Assembly: GCA_043739185.1 (NCBI GenBank)
Contig: JAYUEN010000386.1
Coordinates: forward strand, 16,764 to 80,763
Origin: Bdellovibrionales bacterium
GTDB taxonomy: Bacteria; Bdellovibrionota; Bdellovibrionia; Bdellovibrionales; JAMPXM01
DNA: 64,000 nucleotides
Reading direction: 5' to 3'
Below are positions 7,703-17,804 of this stretch, piece by piece; within the stretch, counting starts at the first letter, position 1; each line of letters begins with the position of its first letter. Below the pieces are notes generated by a model. That model did no database searches. It was not told where the DNA came from and saw nothing but the letters and a program-made list of their open reading frames with translations. The translations under genes were made by a program, and so were the position numbers.

Positions 7703-9535
7703 ATGGAAAATACAGTAACAGAAAACAAAATTCGCAATATCGCAATTATCGCCCACGTCGATCATGGCAAAACAACTCTGGTGGATCATTTGTTAAGGCA
7801 AAGTGGATTGTTTCGTTCGAACGAGCACGTAGAAGAACGTCTCATGGATTCTATGGATCTTGAAAAGGAACGCGGGATTACGATTGCGGCTAAAAATGCA
7901 TCATTCCTCTATAAAGATTATCGAATTAATATCGTCGACACTCCCGGCCACTCCGACTTTGGCGGAGAAGTGGAGCGTGCATTGACGATGGTTGATGGCG
8001 CAATTTTATTGGTCGACGCTTCAGAGGGCCCCCTCCCCCAAACGCGTTTCGTTTTGAAAAAGGCATTGGAGCTTGGAATTAAGGTTCTGGTATGCATAAA
8101 CAAAATTGATCGTGCGGATGCTCGAATTGATGAAGTTCTAAATGAAGTATTTGATTTATTCATTGATCTCGATGCCAGTGAAGAGCAAACCGATTTTATA
8201 CCAATGTATGCCGTGGCTCGAGAAGGCTTTGTAACGCTTGATCCAAAAGTGCGCACCAAAGATATGTCAATTATGTTTGATTGGATTATCAATAAATATC
8301 CGTCGCCAAAGGGAGACCCAACGGCGCCTTTACAGCTCATGGTCGCAAACATTGGTTATAATGATTATGTCGGTCGCCTTGCGATTGGTCGTGTGCAAAA
8401 CGGAACTCTACGCGTGGGTGAAGAGGCACTTGTTTGTTTTGATGAAGGTAAAACGCAAAAAATTAAAATCTCTGCGCTATTTAGATACGAAGGCATGAAG
8501 CAAGTTGCCGCAAAGGAAGTTCCGGCAGGAGATATCGCGATTTTGGCAGGTGTCGATAAAATTACAATTGGAGATAGCATCACCTCTGTTTTGGGCTCAG
8601 TTCCTTCAAAACGCCTACGAGTTGAAGAGCCAACGGTAGGGATCATGATGTCAGTTAATGATGGTCCGTTTGCAGGCCTTGAAGGCAAGCAGGTTACTTC
8701 GCGAAAAATTTTAGAAAGGCTTGAGCATGAACTTTTATATAATGTTTCGATTCGTTTAGAGCCGACCAATACTCCTGAGACATTTAAGATTCTGGGTCGA
8801 GGAGAGCTGCAGCTTGCAGTATTGATCGAGCAAATGCGGCGCGAAGGTTTTGAAATGACCGTTGGTAAACCACAGGTAATTATTCGAACAATAAATGGCG
8901 TAAAACATGAGCCAATTGAAAATATCGTAATCGATGTTCAAGAAGATTACTCGGGTGTTGTTTCTCAGAAAATAGGAATTCGAAAAGGTATTATGACCAA
9001 TATGGTGAATAAAGGCTCGGGCCGAGTGCGCCTTGAATTTCATATTCCATCAAGAGGTTTGATTGGTTATCGATCAGAATTTATGACGGATACTCGCGGT
9101 ACCGGTCTTTTGAATACTATTTTTTCTGGATATGAAGAATATAAAGGCGAAATTACCCATCGAAAGAACGGCGCTATGGTCGCTGATCGAAAAGGTAAAT
9201 CGACAGCATACGCACTTTGGAATTTACAAGAGCGTGGGCAGATTTTTATTCTTGCAGGTACCGAATGTTATGAGGGCATGATCATCGGCGAAAATGCTAA
9301 AGAAAATGATATGATCGTAAATGTTTCGCGTGAGAAAAAGCTAACAAACGTGCGAGCCTCGGGAACAGACGAAGCAATTAAGCTGACTCCTGTAAAGCCG
9401 ATGACTCTTGAGCAAGCAATGGAATGGATATTAGACGATGAAATGGTTGAGGTGACGCCGCTCAACATTCGCCTACGCTGCCGTGCGCTTGACCCGCATA
9501 AGCGCAAACGCGCTGCTCTTGAGAAAGAAGATTAA
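7703..9535 (+). CDS. typA: translational GTPase TypA/BipA
   Basis: AIIAHVDHGKTTLVD, DTPGH, NKID and the full 610-aa EF-G-like architecture. Confidence 0.95.
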   Translation: MENTVTENKIRNIAIIAHVDHGKTTLVDHLLRQSGLFRSNEHVEERLMDSMDLEKERGITIAAKNASFLYKDYRINIVDTPGHSDFGGEVERALTMVDGAILLVDASEGPLPQTRFVLKKALELGIKVLVCINKIDRADARIDEVLNEVFDLFIDLDASEEQTDFIPMYAVAREGFVTLDPKVRTKDMSIMFDWIINKYPSPKGDPTAPLQLMVANIGYNDYVGRLAIGRVQNGTLRVGEEALVCFDEGKTQKIKISALFRYEGMKQVAAKEVPAGDIAILAGVDKITIGDSITSVLGSVPSKRLRVEEPTVGIMMSVNDGPFAGLEGKQVTSRKILERLEHELLYNVSIRLEPTNTPETFKILGRGELQLAVLIEQMRREGFEMTVGKPQVIIRTINGVKHEPIENIVIDVQEDYSGVVSQKIGIRKGIMTNMVNKGSGRVRLEFHIPSRGLIGYRSEFMTDTRGTGLLNTIFSGYEEYKGEITHRKNGAMVADRKGKSTAYALWNLQERGQIFILAGTECYEGMIIGENAKENDMIVNVSREKKLTNVRASGTDEAIKLTPVKPMTLEQAMEWILDDEMVEVTPLNIRLRCRALDPHKRKRAALEKED

Positions 9536-9622
9536 GTTTAATGTCGGTAAGTTTCTTAACTTGCCCTGAAACATCTTGTCTGTAAGACTTTTCAATTCAT
9601 AAACTAATTGAAAGGGATCAAG

Positions 9623-10240
9623 ATGAAATCTTCATTTTTATTTAAAGCTTTGATTTTAGCTGCTGGGGTTGGCCTTACAAGTGGTGCAACTGCGGCTCAG
9701 CCAACAGTTCCGAATCCGCTCAATAATTTGGCGGGCTGTTATAAAGTGAGCTATCGCTTTGTTGAAGATGGCGCTCACGATACGACAATTGTTGGCGATT
9801 TCATCGAGTATGTTAGTTTTCAAACCACCGAAGTCGGTGGCCTTTTGTTTCAACATTATGGTCAACAAGGTACCGAAGTGATTCGTCATTGGGGCGAAAC
9901 TTGGACTGTAGCCAATGATGGCAGTGTAAAACAATTAGTTGTAGGTCCGACCGGTAGAGCTCGATATGAGTGCAGTGGTCAATTTCAATTCAATCAGTTT
10001 CGCTGTTTTGTAAAGGATGCTCCTAAACCGATTCGCGATACCGATCGTAAGGACTATGTGACCCTTGATCGTGATATTACTTTGCAAATTACCAGCAAGG
10101 GCTGGGTTCAAGCTCAAAATGATGTGAAAAAAGATGCGGCGGGAAAAGCAGTTTCAAATGAAGTTGGCTGGAATCAATATGAGCGGGTTGACGAAAAAGT
10201 TTGTGCACCATCAATTGAGTTTGCAAAACAAGATAATTAA
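9623..10240 (+). CDS. secreted hypothetical protein
   Basis: The ATG at 9623 gives the signal peptide MKSSFLFKALILAAGVGLTSGATAA. No recognisable domain. Confidence 0.6.
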   Translation: MKSSFLFKALILAAGVGLTSGATAAQPTVPNPLNNLAGCYKVSYRFVEDGAHDTTIVGDFIEYVSFQTTEVGGLLFQHYGQQGTEVIRHWGETWTVANDGSVKQLVVGPTGRARYECSGQFQFNQFRCFVKDAPKPIRDTDRKDYVTLDRDITLQITSKGWVQAQNDVKKDAAGKAVSNEVGWNQYERVDEKVCAPSIEFAKQDN

Positions 10241-11116
10241 TTAATCTCCGAACCAAGAATCATCTGAGTCTTCAGATGATTCTCCGGTTGCTTCGTCAGT
10301 GGTTTCAGGACTGTCTTTGACTTCTTGATTTACCTTTTCAGCCTCCACATTTTTATTAGCCAGCTTTTGACGAGGCGCTCTTTTTGAGAATAGAACATCT
10401 AGTTCCATAATTGCCTCTTCGGCATTATCCTGAGAAATCTTTCGAAAACTCACAAGACGTTTAATAATTTTTGTAATTTCTCGCCTCGCAAAGGGGCTGA
10501 GAGTTCCTTTGCGGAAGCTCTGGTAGTTTTTTGTTGGATTGGGTAAAAGCATGGCCAGCCAAGCGCCTTCAGCGATATTCAAACTGGCAACCGGCTTGGA
10601 AAAGTAAAATTGTGCTGCGTCCTTTATGCCGTAAATTTCAGGGCCCAATTCAACCACATTCAAATACTTTTCTAAGATTTCTTCTTTGGATAAAATTTCC
10701 TCGATTTGAGAGGCTAAAATAGCCTCTCGGAGTTTTCTAAAAACTGATTTTTCTTTGTTTAAGTAAAGGTTTTTTGCCAACTGCTGAGTAATGGTTGAGC
10801 CGCCACGAGCAAAGTGGCCGGTCTTGATATCCTTCTTTAGACTTTCACGCAGCTCAAACCAATCAAAACCATTGTGATCATAAAAGCTGCCATCTTCTGA
10901 AACGACAATCGCCATCTTAACGGCATGGGGGACATCCCGAATTGAGGTATAATTGGGCTCTTTCGGGCAGAGCTCAACCTGATTCATTTCAGTAACAAAG
11001 CAGCCTCTTATATTGTTGGGCCTTGGTGTTGAAACCAAAACCCAAGCCGCGCCCAAAGAAATGAGAATTAAAAAGCTTACAATTGAAATGATCACAGCAA
11101 ACAAAAATCTCAACAT
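10241..11116 (-). CDS. mtgA: monofunctional peptidoglycan glycosyltransferase (GT51)
   Basis: N-terminal TM anchor, EDGSFYDHNGFD and RGGSTITQQLAKN motifs, and an acidic C-terminal tail. Confidence 0.85.
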   Translation of the reverse strand: MLRFLFAVIISIVSFLILISLGAAWVLVSTPRPNNIRGCFVTEMNQVELCPKEPNYTSIRDVPHAVKMAIVVSEDGSFYDHNGFDWFELRESLKKDIKTGHFARGGSTITQQLAKNLYLNKEKSVFRKLREAILASQIEEILSKEEILEKYLNVVELGPEIYGIKDAAQFYFSKPVASLNIAEGAWLAMLLPNPTKNYQSFRKGTLSPFARREITKIIKRLVSFRKISQDNAEEAIMELDVLFSKRAPRQKLANKNVEAEKVNQEVKDSPETTDEATGESSEDSDDSWFGD

Positions 11117-11177
11117 TCACAGACTATTAGCGTATATTTCGCGCCTAAGCAATGTAGCTCACCAATAAGGGGGAATT

Positions 11178-12230
11178 TTGAATTTTTTTAAATCAAATTT
11201 TGGCGCCGCAATTTACTTTGTAGTTTTGACAGGCTTTTTGAATTTTGCTTGTACTGAAAAGAAAGCGCAGACCTCAACGCCAGCTGCAGCAACAGCTTCG
11301 GCCGCGACCAAAATCAAAGTTGGTATCGTATTAGATAAGGGCGGGAAGGATGATAAGTCTTTTAATGGTGCAGCCTTTGCCGGTGCCACACTTGCTGAAA
11401 AAGAATTGGGCGTTGAAATAAAAGTCGTCGAGAGCGCGGATGATTCAGCTTTTGAGCCATCACTTAGATCATTTGCAGAGCGAGAATATCCATTGGTAAT
11501 CGGAATTGGTTTTGCGCAAGTCGATGCTCTCAAGAAAATTGCTCCACAATTTCCCAAAACGCATTTTGCAATTGTCGACGGCACTGTTGATTTTGCAAAT
11601 GTGGCGAGTCTTCGCTTTGATGAACACGAAGGCTCCTATTTGGTTGGCTATTTGGCGGCCCTTGTTTCGAAATCCAAAAAAATTGGATTCATTGGCGGGA
11701 TGGATGTGCCACTTATTAGGCGTTTTCAAATGGGATATGAAGCTGGTGCTAAAGCCGCCGACCCCAAGATCGAAGTCATTTCAAATTATGCGGGAGTGAA
11801 TAGTTCGGCATGGACCAATCCAGGTCGCGGAAAAGAATTAGCACTTGACCAGTATTCTCAAAAAGTAGACGTCATTTTCACTGCGGCTGGCGCAACCGGT
11901 ATCGGTGTATTTGATGCGGCAGAAGAGAAGTCGGCATATGTCATCGGAGTAGATAGCAATCAGGATTCATTGAAGCCAGGCCGAGTGCTCACGAGTATGT
12001 TAAAGCGTGTGGATACGGCAGTTTTTCAAATTATAAAAGACGAACTGGCAGCCAAGTTTGCTGGCGGGGTACATTCTTATGGCCTTAAAGATAAGGGTAT
12101 CGATTATTCAGTTGATGAATTCAATCAAAAGCTCATTGGGCCACATCAAGAAAAACTAGAAAGCATCAAGGCTAAAATTATCAAAGGTGAAATCAAAGTT
12201 CCCGATTACTATTTGGTACATAAAACTTAA
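11178..12230 (+). CDS. BMP-family ABC transporter substrate-binding lipoprotein (nucleoside-type)
   Basis: TTG start 5 nt after AAGGGGG, a lipobox ending in C, and typical Med/PnrA segments (GIVLDKGGKDDKSFN, IGFIGGMD, VIGVDSNQ). Confidence 0.85.
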   Translation: MNFFKSNFGAAIYFVVLTGFLNFACTEKKAQTSTPAAATASAATKIKVGIVLDKGGKDDKSFNGAAFAGATLAEKELGVEIKVVESADDSAFEPSLRSFAEREYPLVIGIGFAQVDALKKIAPQFPKTHFAIVDGTVDFANVASLRFDEHEGSYLVGYLAALVSKSKKIGFIGGMDVPLIRRFQMGYEAGAKAADPKIEVISNYAGVNSSAWTNPGRGKELALDQYSQKVDVIFTAAGATGIGVFDAAEEKSAYVIGVDSNQDSLKPGRVLTSMLKRVDTAVFQIIKDELAAKFAGGVHSYGLKDKGIDYSVDEFNQKLIGPHQEKLESIKAKIIKGEIKVPDYYLVHKT

Positions 12231-12242
12231 AAAATTTTATCG

Positions 12243-13751
12243 ATGATAAACCTTGAAAGCAAAAATTTATCAAAATCTTTTGGAAGCTTTCAGGCCCTCT
12301 CCAAATTGAGCCTGCGTTTTGAAGCGAAAAAAATTCACGCAGTTGTCGGTGAGAATGGTGCTGGCAAATCAACGCTGATGAAATTATTGTTCGGTCTCCT
12401 TCAGCCTTCGGAAGGAGAAATTTGGATCAATCAAAAGCCAGTCAAAATGCAAAGTTCAAAGGATGCCCTGGCTTACGGCATTGGAATGGTTCAACAGCAC
12501 TTTTGCTTGGTTGAAAACCTCTCAGCACTTGACAATATTATCTTGGGAAACGAGCCGGTGAAGGGCCCGCAATTAAAGCGCGGCCAGGCACTTGAAGAAC
12601 TGATTCGAAAACTTCCCGATAAAAATTTGCACATTCCTTGGGAGCAAAAAGTTTCTGAGCTGAGTGTAGGTTTTCGACAACGCATTGAAATTTTAAAGCT
12701 TTTGTATCGTGATTCAAAATTCTTAATTTTAGATGAGCCGACTGCAGTTCTGACACCCCAAGAGATCGCTTCGTTTTTTTCCTTGCTCAAAACACTCAAA
12801 GAAATGGGAAAGACCATTGTACTGATCACGCACAAGCTGACTGAAGTGTTTTCAGTTTGCGATCAATATCACGTTTTACGACAAGGTAAGCTAATTGCGA
12901 GCGGCCTTGTGGCGGAGACATCACAATCTGAAATTGTGAGGCATATGATTGGCCGCGAGCCTATTTCAATTGCTGAAAATCCGCGAAAGGATGTTCAGGG
13001 TGGAGAGGCAGCTCTTGAATTTCAAGATGTTTCAACGCTCCTTCAGCAAAGAGGACAGCTCAAGAAAATTTCTCTTCGAATATCTCCTGGAGAAATTTTG
13101 GGAATTGCCGGAGTTGAAGGTTCTGGTCAATCCAAGTTAGTTGATTCTTTGCTTGGCTTGTCTCCGTTTGAGGGTCGCATTCGATTCTTGGGTAAGGAAT
13201 TGAAAAGTTCCGAAACGACAACCAAAGACATTCGAAAAATGGGTTTGGCACTTATACCCGAAGATAGACTCACGCAGGCCGTTTGGCCCGAAGAGAGTTG
13301 TTTGAAAAACTTGATCATCGGAATTGAAGATGATTTCAAAACGAAAATATTTTTTGATGATGATAAAATTCGTCAAACGGGCGGGAAATGGCTTAAAGAA
13401 TTTGATGTTCGCTTAACAAATATAGATCAGTCCATTTCTTCTCTCAGTGGAGGGAACCAACAGAAATTAGTTTTCGCGCGCGAAATTCTCGGGCGAAAGA
13501 TTCAGTTTTTGATATGTCATCAGCCCACTCGAGGCGTTGATCTGGGTGCAATTGAAAAGATTCATGCTGAGATTTTAGGACTCAAGAACGCCGGAATATC
13601 GTGTCTCTTGGTTAGCAGTGAGCTCGATGAATTGATGGCTTTGAGTGATCGCATTTGCGTATTGTTCAACGGGCAAGTGAGCGGTGAATTTGATCGCGCC
13701 AATTTTTCAAAAGCCGAAATTGGCAAAGCGATGACCGGGACTCTCACATGA
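12243..13751 (+). CDS. ABC transporter ATP-binding protein (duplicated ATPase)
   Basis: Walker A GENGAGKST, signatures LSVGFRQR and LSGGNQQK, and two NBD halves. Confidence 0.9.
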   Translation: MINLESKNLSKSFGSFQALSKLSLRFEAKKIHAVVGENGAGKSTLMKLLFGLLQPSEGEIWINQKPVKMQSSKDALAYGIGMVQQHFCLVENLSALDNIILGNEPVKGPQLKRGQALEELIRKLPDKNLHIPWEQKVSELSVGFRQRIEILKLLYRDSKFLILDEPTAVLTPQEIASFFSLLKTLKEMGKTIVLITHKLTEVFSVCDQYHVLRQGKLIASGLVAETSQSEIVRHMIGREPISIAENPRKDVQGGEAALEFQDVSTLLQQRGQLKKISLRISPGEILGIAGVEGSGQSKLVDSLLGLSPFEGRIRFLGKELKSSETTTKDIRKMGLALIPEDRLTQAVWPEESCLKNLIIGIEDDFKTKIFFDDDKIRQTGGKWLKEFDVRLTNIDQSISSLSGGNQQKLVFAREILGRKIQFLICHQPTRGVDLGAIEKIHAEILGLKNAGISCLLVSSELDELMALSDRICVLFNGQVSGEFDRANFSKAEIGKAMTGTLT

Positions 13752-14806
13752 ATTATTTTAAATCTCTCGGAATTTCAAGCTTCGGGTATTTGCTAGCGCT
13801 TGCATTAGGAGTTTCACTCTCACTTGTTTTGGTTGGTGCTGTGGGTGAAAGTCCTATCAAAGTTTTAAATATTTTGTTTTTAGGTTCTTTGGGGGGGGCA
13901 AGAGAAATTGCCTATTCTCTTTTCTACGCAACACCATTTATTTTAACTGGCTTGAGTGTGGCTTGGGCATTTCGCGCAGGGCTTTTCAATGTTGGTGCCG
14001 AAGGACAAATGCTCATGGGAGGTAGTGCTGTGGTAACTTTGGGAATTTTATTTCCCAATTTGCCTGCGCCCATCGCCATACCCATGTCTTTCTTGGTAGC
14101 ATTTATGGCTGGTGGCCTGTGGGGCGGAATTGCCGGCTGGGTGAAAGTGAAGCGCGGAGCCCATGAAGTTTTGGTCACAATCTTACTTAATTTTGTAGCT
14201 TATGGTCTGAGTAGTTTTTTTATTTTGAATGTCTTTCGTAATCCACATTCGCAAAATCCTGAAACTTTTGAAATTGGCGCCAACTATTTTCTCGGTCAAT
14301 TGAAATTTTTTGACCCCAACAGCCCGTTGAATCATATGATTTTTGTAGCCCTCCTTGCGGCTTTGGTTTTTTCAGTGGTTTTTAAAAAAACTCTATTTGG
14401 ATTTTTTCAGCGAATGTCAGGAGCTGCTCCAGAGTTGGCTCTGCGCTCGGGAATTCGCATTGATCGTCAGGTCATATTGGCACTTTTTATTTCAGGCGGA
14501 TTGGCCGGTCTTGCAAGTTGCGGGACGATCATGGGTTATTCACACAAGGCCCGGGAGGGATTTGCCAACGGGGCAGGATTTATCGGAATTGCAGTGGCAC
14601 TCCTGGGGCAGAATCGCGCCGCCGGCGTGGTTTGGTCCGCAATTTTATTTGGAGCACTTGCAAAGGGTTCACTCGATCTTGATTTGGACACGCAGTTTAT
14701 CACACGCGATTTGGCTCAAGTGATTCAAGCCTGTATCGTGATTGTAGTTGCGAGCAAACCGGGGCTCGATCGACTTTACAATTCAATGCGAAAAGTGAGG
14801 ACGTGA
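13748..14806 (+). CDS. ABC transporter permease
   Basis: 352-aa polytopic membrane protein, 4-nt overlap with the ATPase gene, branched-chain/ribose-type permease family. Confidence 0.85.
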   Translation: MNYFKSLGISSFGYLLALALGVSLSLVLVGAVGESPIKVLNILFLGSLGGAREIAYSLFYATPFILTGLSVAWAFRAGLFNVGAEGQMLMGGSAVVTLGILFPNLPAPIAIPMSFLVAFMAGGLWGGIAGWVKVKRGAHEVLVTILLNFVAYGLSSFFILNVFRNPHSQNPETFEIGANYFLGQLKFFDPNSPLNHMIFVALLAALVFSVVFKKTLFGFFQRMSGAAPELALRSGIRIDRQVILALFISGGLAGLASCGTIMGYSHKAREGFANGAGFIGIAVALLGQNRAAGVVWSAILFGALAKGSLDLDLDTQFITRDLAQVIQACIVIVVASKPGLDRLYNSMRKVRT

Positions 14807-15690
14807 TGGAGCTTCATAGCTTTCAAGATTTACTATTGAGTAGTGTGAGACTATCCGTGCCTTTGATTTTTGCGGCTTATGGCGGTTTGATGAGTGAGCG
14901 CAGTGGCGTAGCAAATATTGCCCTTGAGGCCTATTTGCTTTTTTCAGCCTTTGCCGCTGCTGCTGCAACCAGTATTTTTGCAAGCCTTTGGATGGGTATA
15001 CTTTTCGGCCTTTTGGCTGCCGGATTGATCGGATTTATTTTTGCAATTGTTTGTGTTTATGGGCGGGGTGATCAAGTGGTCATTGGTACCGCTTTTAATT
15101 TGTTGGCGGTCGGAAGTATTCCGGTGATGAATAAAAGTCTCTTTGGGATCACGGGATCAACTCCCGCACTGTCCCTGCAATTGAGATTCACTCAGCCGCT
15201 TTTGTTTTTTGGATTTAGTATTTTGATTATGCTGTCTTTAGAATATTTATTTCGCAAAACCAGACATGGTTTGCGAGTGACAGCATGCGGAGAAAATCCC
15301 CTCGCACTTGAAACTCAAGGCGTATCGTCTCGTAAACTTCGCATACGAGCCGTTGTCGAAGGAAGCCTTATTGCTGGCTGTGGCGGCATCTATTTGAGTC
15401 TTTGCCAAGGCAGCGCCTATGTTCGAGAAATGGCAGCGGGTCGAGGTTTCATTGCATTGGCGGCTTTAATACTTGGTGGTTGGCGACCATTCCCTACGCT
15501 ACTTGCGTGTTTGTTTTTTGCGTTGACCGATGCAATTCAAATTCAACTGCAAGGAAAAACCATAGGTGAGTATCAAATTCCGAATTCTTTGGTGCAAATT
15601 TCACCTTATTTGATCACGCTGTTACTATTGATCTTTTCTTCTCGCAAGGTCTTGGCACCAAGAGCGATCAATACAAATTCAATTGATTGA
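14803..15690 (+). CDS. ABC transporter permease
   Basis: 295-aa polytopic membrane protein, 4-nt overlap with the preceding permease gene. Confidence 0.85.
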   Translation: MMELHSFQDLLLSSVRLSVPLIFAAYGGLMSERSGVANIALEAYLLFSAFAAAAATSIFASLWMGILFGLLAAGLIGFIFAIVCVYGRGDQVVIGTAFNLLAVGSIPVMNKSLFGITGSTPALSLQLRFTQPLLFFGFSILIMLSLEYLFRKTRHGLRVTACGENPLALETQGVSSRKLRIRAVVEGSLIAGCGGIYLSLCQGSAYVREMAAGRGFIALAALILGGWRPFPTLLACLFFALTDAIQIQLQGKTIGEYQIPNSLVQISPYLITLLLLIFSSRKVLAPRAINTNSID

Positions 15691-15710
15691 AAAATCGAGT
15701 CAGATGGGAC

Positions 15711-16697
15711 CTAAGTGCTAGGGCTATTTCTTCGACTCCACTCAATGCTTTGTCTCAATGAGTAAGATGCGGGCTTTGGTTTAAATTGAAAAGCTTGCTG
15801 GGCTTTACTTGAATCAAACCAATGATACATGGTTGCAACCACAGCATTTTCATAATTCATAAAAGCCTTTGCGCCGCGACTCGCCTGTAACTCACCGATA
15901 CGGCCCAGGGTTTTCACGAAAAAGTTGGGTAGATAAATTTTAGGAGGCTTTACTTCCGCAATTTCAGCAATATTCTCAAATAGTTTTTTAATAGTCAGAT
16001 TTTCTCCGGCGATAATATAGCGTTCGCCACTTCTACCCATTTCCCAGGCCTTAATTGCACAATGCATAACATCTTCAATTGAAACGACATTCACTCCGCC
16101 TGAGGTATAAAAAGGAAGCTTGCCACGCGCGACTCGTTTTTGCATTCCACGAGAAGGTTTCTTTTCATCACCAGGGCCATAAATAGTTGAAGGATTCAAG
16201 CAAACAGCGTCAACATCTCCTCTGCGAACGGCATCTAATACAAGTTCTTCGGCTTTCTTTTTGGTCTCGAAATATCCCAAATTTAAATGGGATAAATTAT
16301 ATTTTGAGGTTTCATTCAATACCGTATGTGGGCTCAAACTCGCACCGATAGTTACCACTGAACTGAAATGCACCAGACGCCGAACGCGATTTGCTTTACA
16401 GGCACTTAGGATATTTGCGGTCCCTCGGACATTTACGTTTTCCATATGCTCACGTTCTGATCGCGCATAAGCTACGACTCCGGCGAGGTGAAAAACCGAG
16501 TCGATATTTTTAGCCGCTGTGGTTACGTTTTCAATATCGGTAATATCACCGGTGGCCACTTCGACTTTTAAAGAGCGCAGGTCTTCAACATCCTTTGGAT
16601 CGCGCACAAAAACTCTTACTTGATGACCATGATCGACTAAGGTTTGAGCGAGCCATCCACCAACAAATCCCGAGGCACCGGTTACTAAAACACGCAT
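15711..16697 (-). CDS. NAD-dependent epimerase/dehydratase family (extended SDR)
   Basis: The start at 16697 (GGAGGG 9 nt upstream) gives MRVLVTGASGFVGG, a Rossmann motif. A YxxxK-type segment is YFETKKK. Confidence 0.8.
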   Translation of the reverse strand: MRVLVTGASGFVGGWLAQTLVDHGHQVRVFVRDPKDVEDLRSLKVEVATGDITDIENVTTAAKNIDSVFHLAGVVAYARSEREHMENVNVRGTANILSACKANRVRRLVHFSSVVTIGASLSPHTVLNETSKYNLSHLNLGYFETKKKAEELVLDAVRRGDVDAVCLNPSTIYGPGDEKKPSRGMQKRVARGKLPFYTSGGVNVVSIEDVMHCAIKAWEMGRSGERYIIAGENLTIKKLFENIAEIAEVKPPKIYLPNFFVKTLGRIGELQASRGAKAFMNYENAVVATMYHWFDSSKAQQAFQFKPKPASYSLRQSIEWSRRNSPST

Positions 16698-16851
16698 CTT
16701 AAAATTCCCTCCGAGCTTGTGATGAGACAAACGACCTGAACTTTATTTGCAAACTATAACGTCTAGTAAATTGAGATCGCACTTCACAATTATTGAGCCT
16801 CATTTTAAGTTAGAGCACAATAGATTTAAGCGCGAGGTGAACGGTGGCTGC

Positions 16852-17454
16852 CTATTTGTATTTGAAGGGCTTTTCTTTTTGCGGATGTGGCATAAAGAAA
16901 GCCTTAACAAATAATAGAATTAAATACGAGATCGTAAAGCCCAAAATTGCGCCGCCAACAATATCACTTGGATAGTGAACGCCAACATAAACTCTGCTGT
17001 AGGCAACAGACGCGGCGTAGATATAAACCAATCCCGACATTGGCGGAAAAAAATAACTCGTTACAGTTGCGGCTGCAAATATATTAGCGGCATGACTTGA
17101 GGGAAACGAGGTGCCACCAGAGTCTTCAACTCTCAAGACAACGTGAATTCCCGAATGTGTAGGCCGAGGTCTCTGCACAAAATGCTTGATAACTCGAAAT
17201 GAAACCATATCGGTTAGAATCAGAGCGATAGCAAGTGTGATCATATATTTCACACCTTTTTTTCGATATTTTACGAGCAGAAAAAGAACCAATAGTGGAA
17301 GGATACCGTACAAAAAAGTCGGCGACTGATGAAAGTCAGTTACTCCGGGAAAATAAAAATCTCCGAAAGGAAATGTCCAATCTTGATTCATGCGAGCAAA
17401 CAGACTCTGGTCGAGTCCCTTGTAATACTCCATAAGCTGAGAAATCACGGCCAC
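16852..17454 (-). CDS. PAP2-family phosphatase (membrane)
   Basis: KxxxxxxRP (KHFVQRPRP), PSSHA and VGVHYPSD motifs. The start codon is uncertain (GTG at 17454 or ATG at 17433). Confidence 0.8.
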   Translation of the reverse strand: MAVISQLMEYYKGLDQSLFARMNQDWTFPFGDFYFPGVTDFHQSPTFLYGILPLLVLFLLVKYRKKGVKYMITLAIALILTDMVSFRVIKHFVQRPRPTHSGIHVVLRVEDSGGTSFPSSHAANIFAAATVTSYFFPPMSGLVYIYAASVAYSRVYVGVHYPSDIVGGAILGFTISYLILLFVKAFFMPHPQKEKPFKYK

Positions 17455-17546
17455 TCCAACTTTCTTTAAACCTTAAAACGTCCAGTAAAAAATGATCCTA
17501 ACTCGGATATCTTCTCATTTTACGTGCAGTATGCGAAACTATTTTC

Positions 17547-17792
17547 ATGATAGAGCTTAAAAAACTAAATGGAACGTCTATCTTCGTCAACCCTGATATG
17601 ATTCGTGCCGTTGAAGCCACGCCCGATACGGTCGTAAACTTCTTGGATGGAGAGACGATATTAGTGCTGAATACTCCCGAAGAAATTGTTTCAAGCATCG
17701 TTTCCTTTAGAAAAAGCTACTTGAATTCTCAAACAAATGTTGACGCATTAAGTTCTCAACTTTTAGGTAAACAGCAAGATTTGCAAAAGTAA
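17547..17792 (+). CDS. flbD: flagellar protein FlbD
   Basis: MIELKKLNGTSIFVNPDMIRAVEATPDTVV..LDGETILV is the characteristic FlbD sequence. The gene sits immediately upstream of motA. Confidence 0.85.
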   Translation: MIELKKLNGTSIFVNPDMIRAVEATPDTVVNFLDGETILVLNTPEEIVSSIVSFRKSYLNSQTNVDALSSQLLGKQQDLQK

Positions 17793-17804
17793 AAGGGTAA
17801 TTGA

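Noticed and set aside
17461-17546. Sigma-28 promoter upstream of flbD (TAAAACGT / TCGGATAT pieces).
   Set aside because: The best -35 and -10 candidates cannot be placed at the required 11-nt spacing, and each matches at most 5/8.
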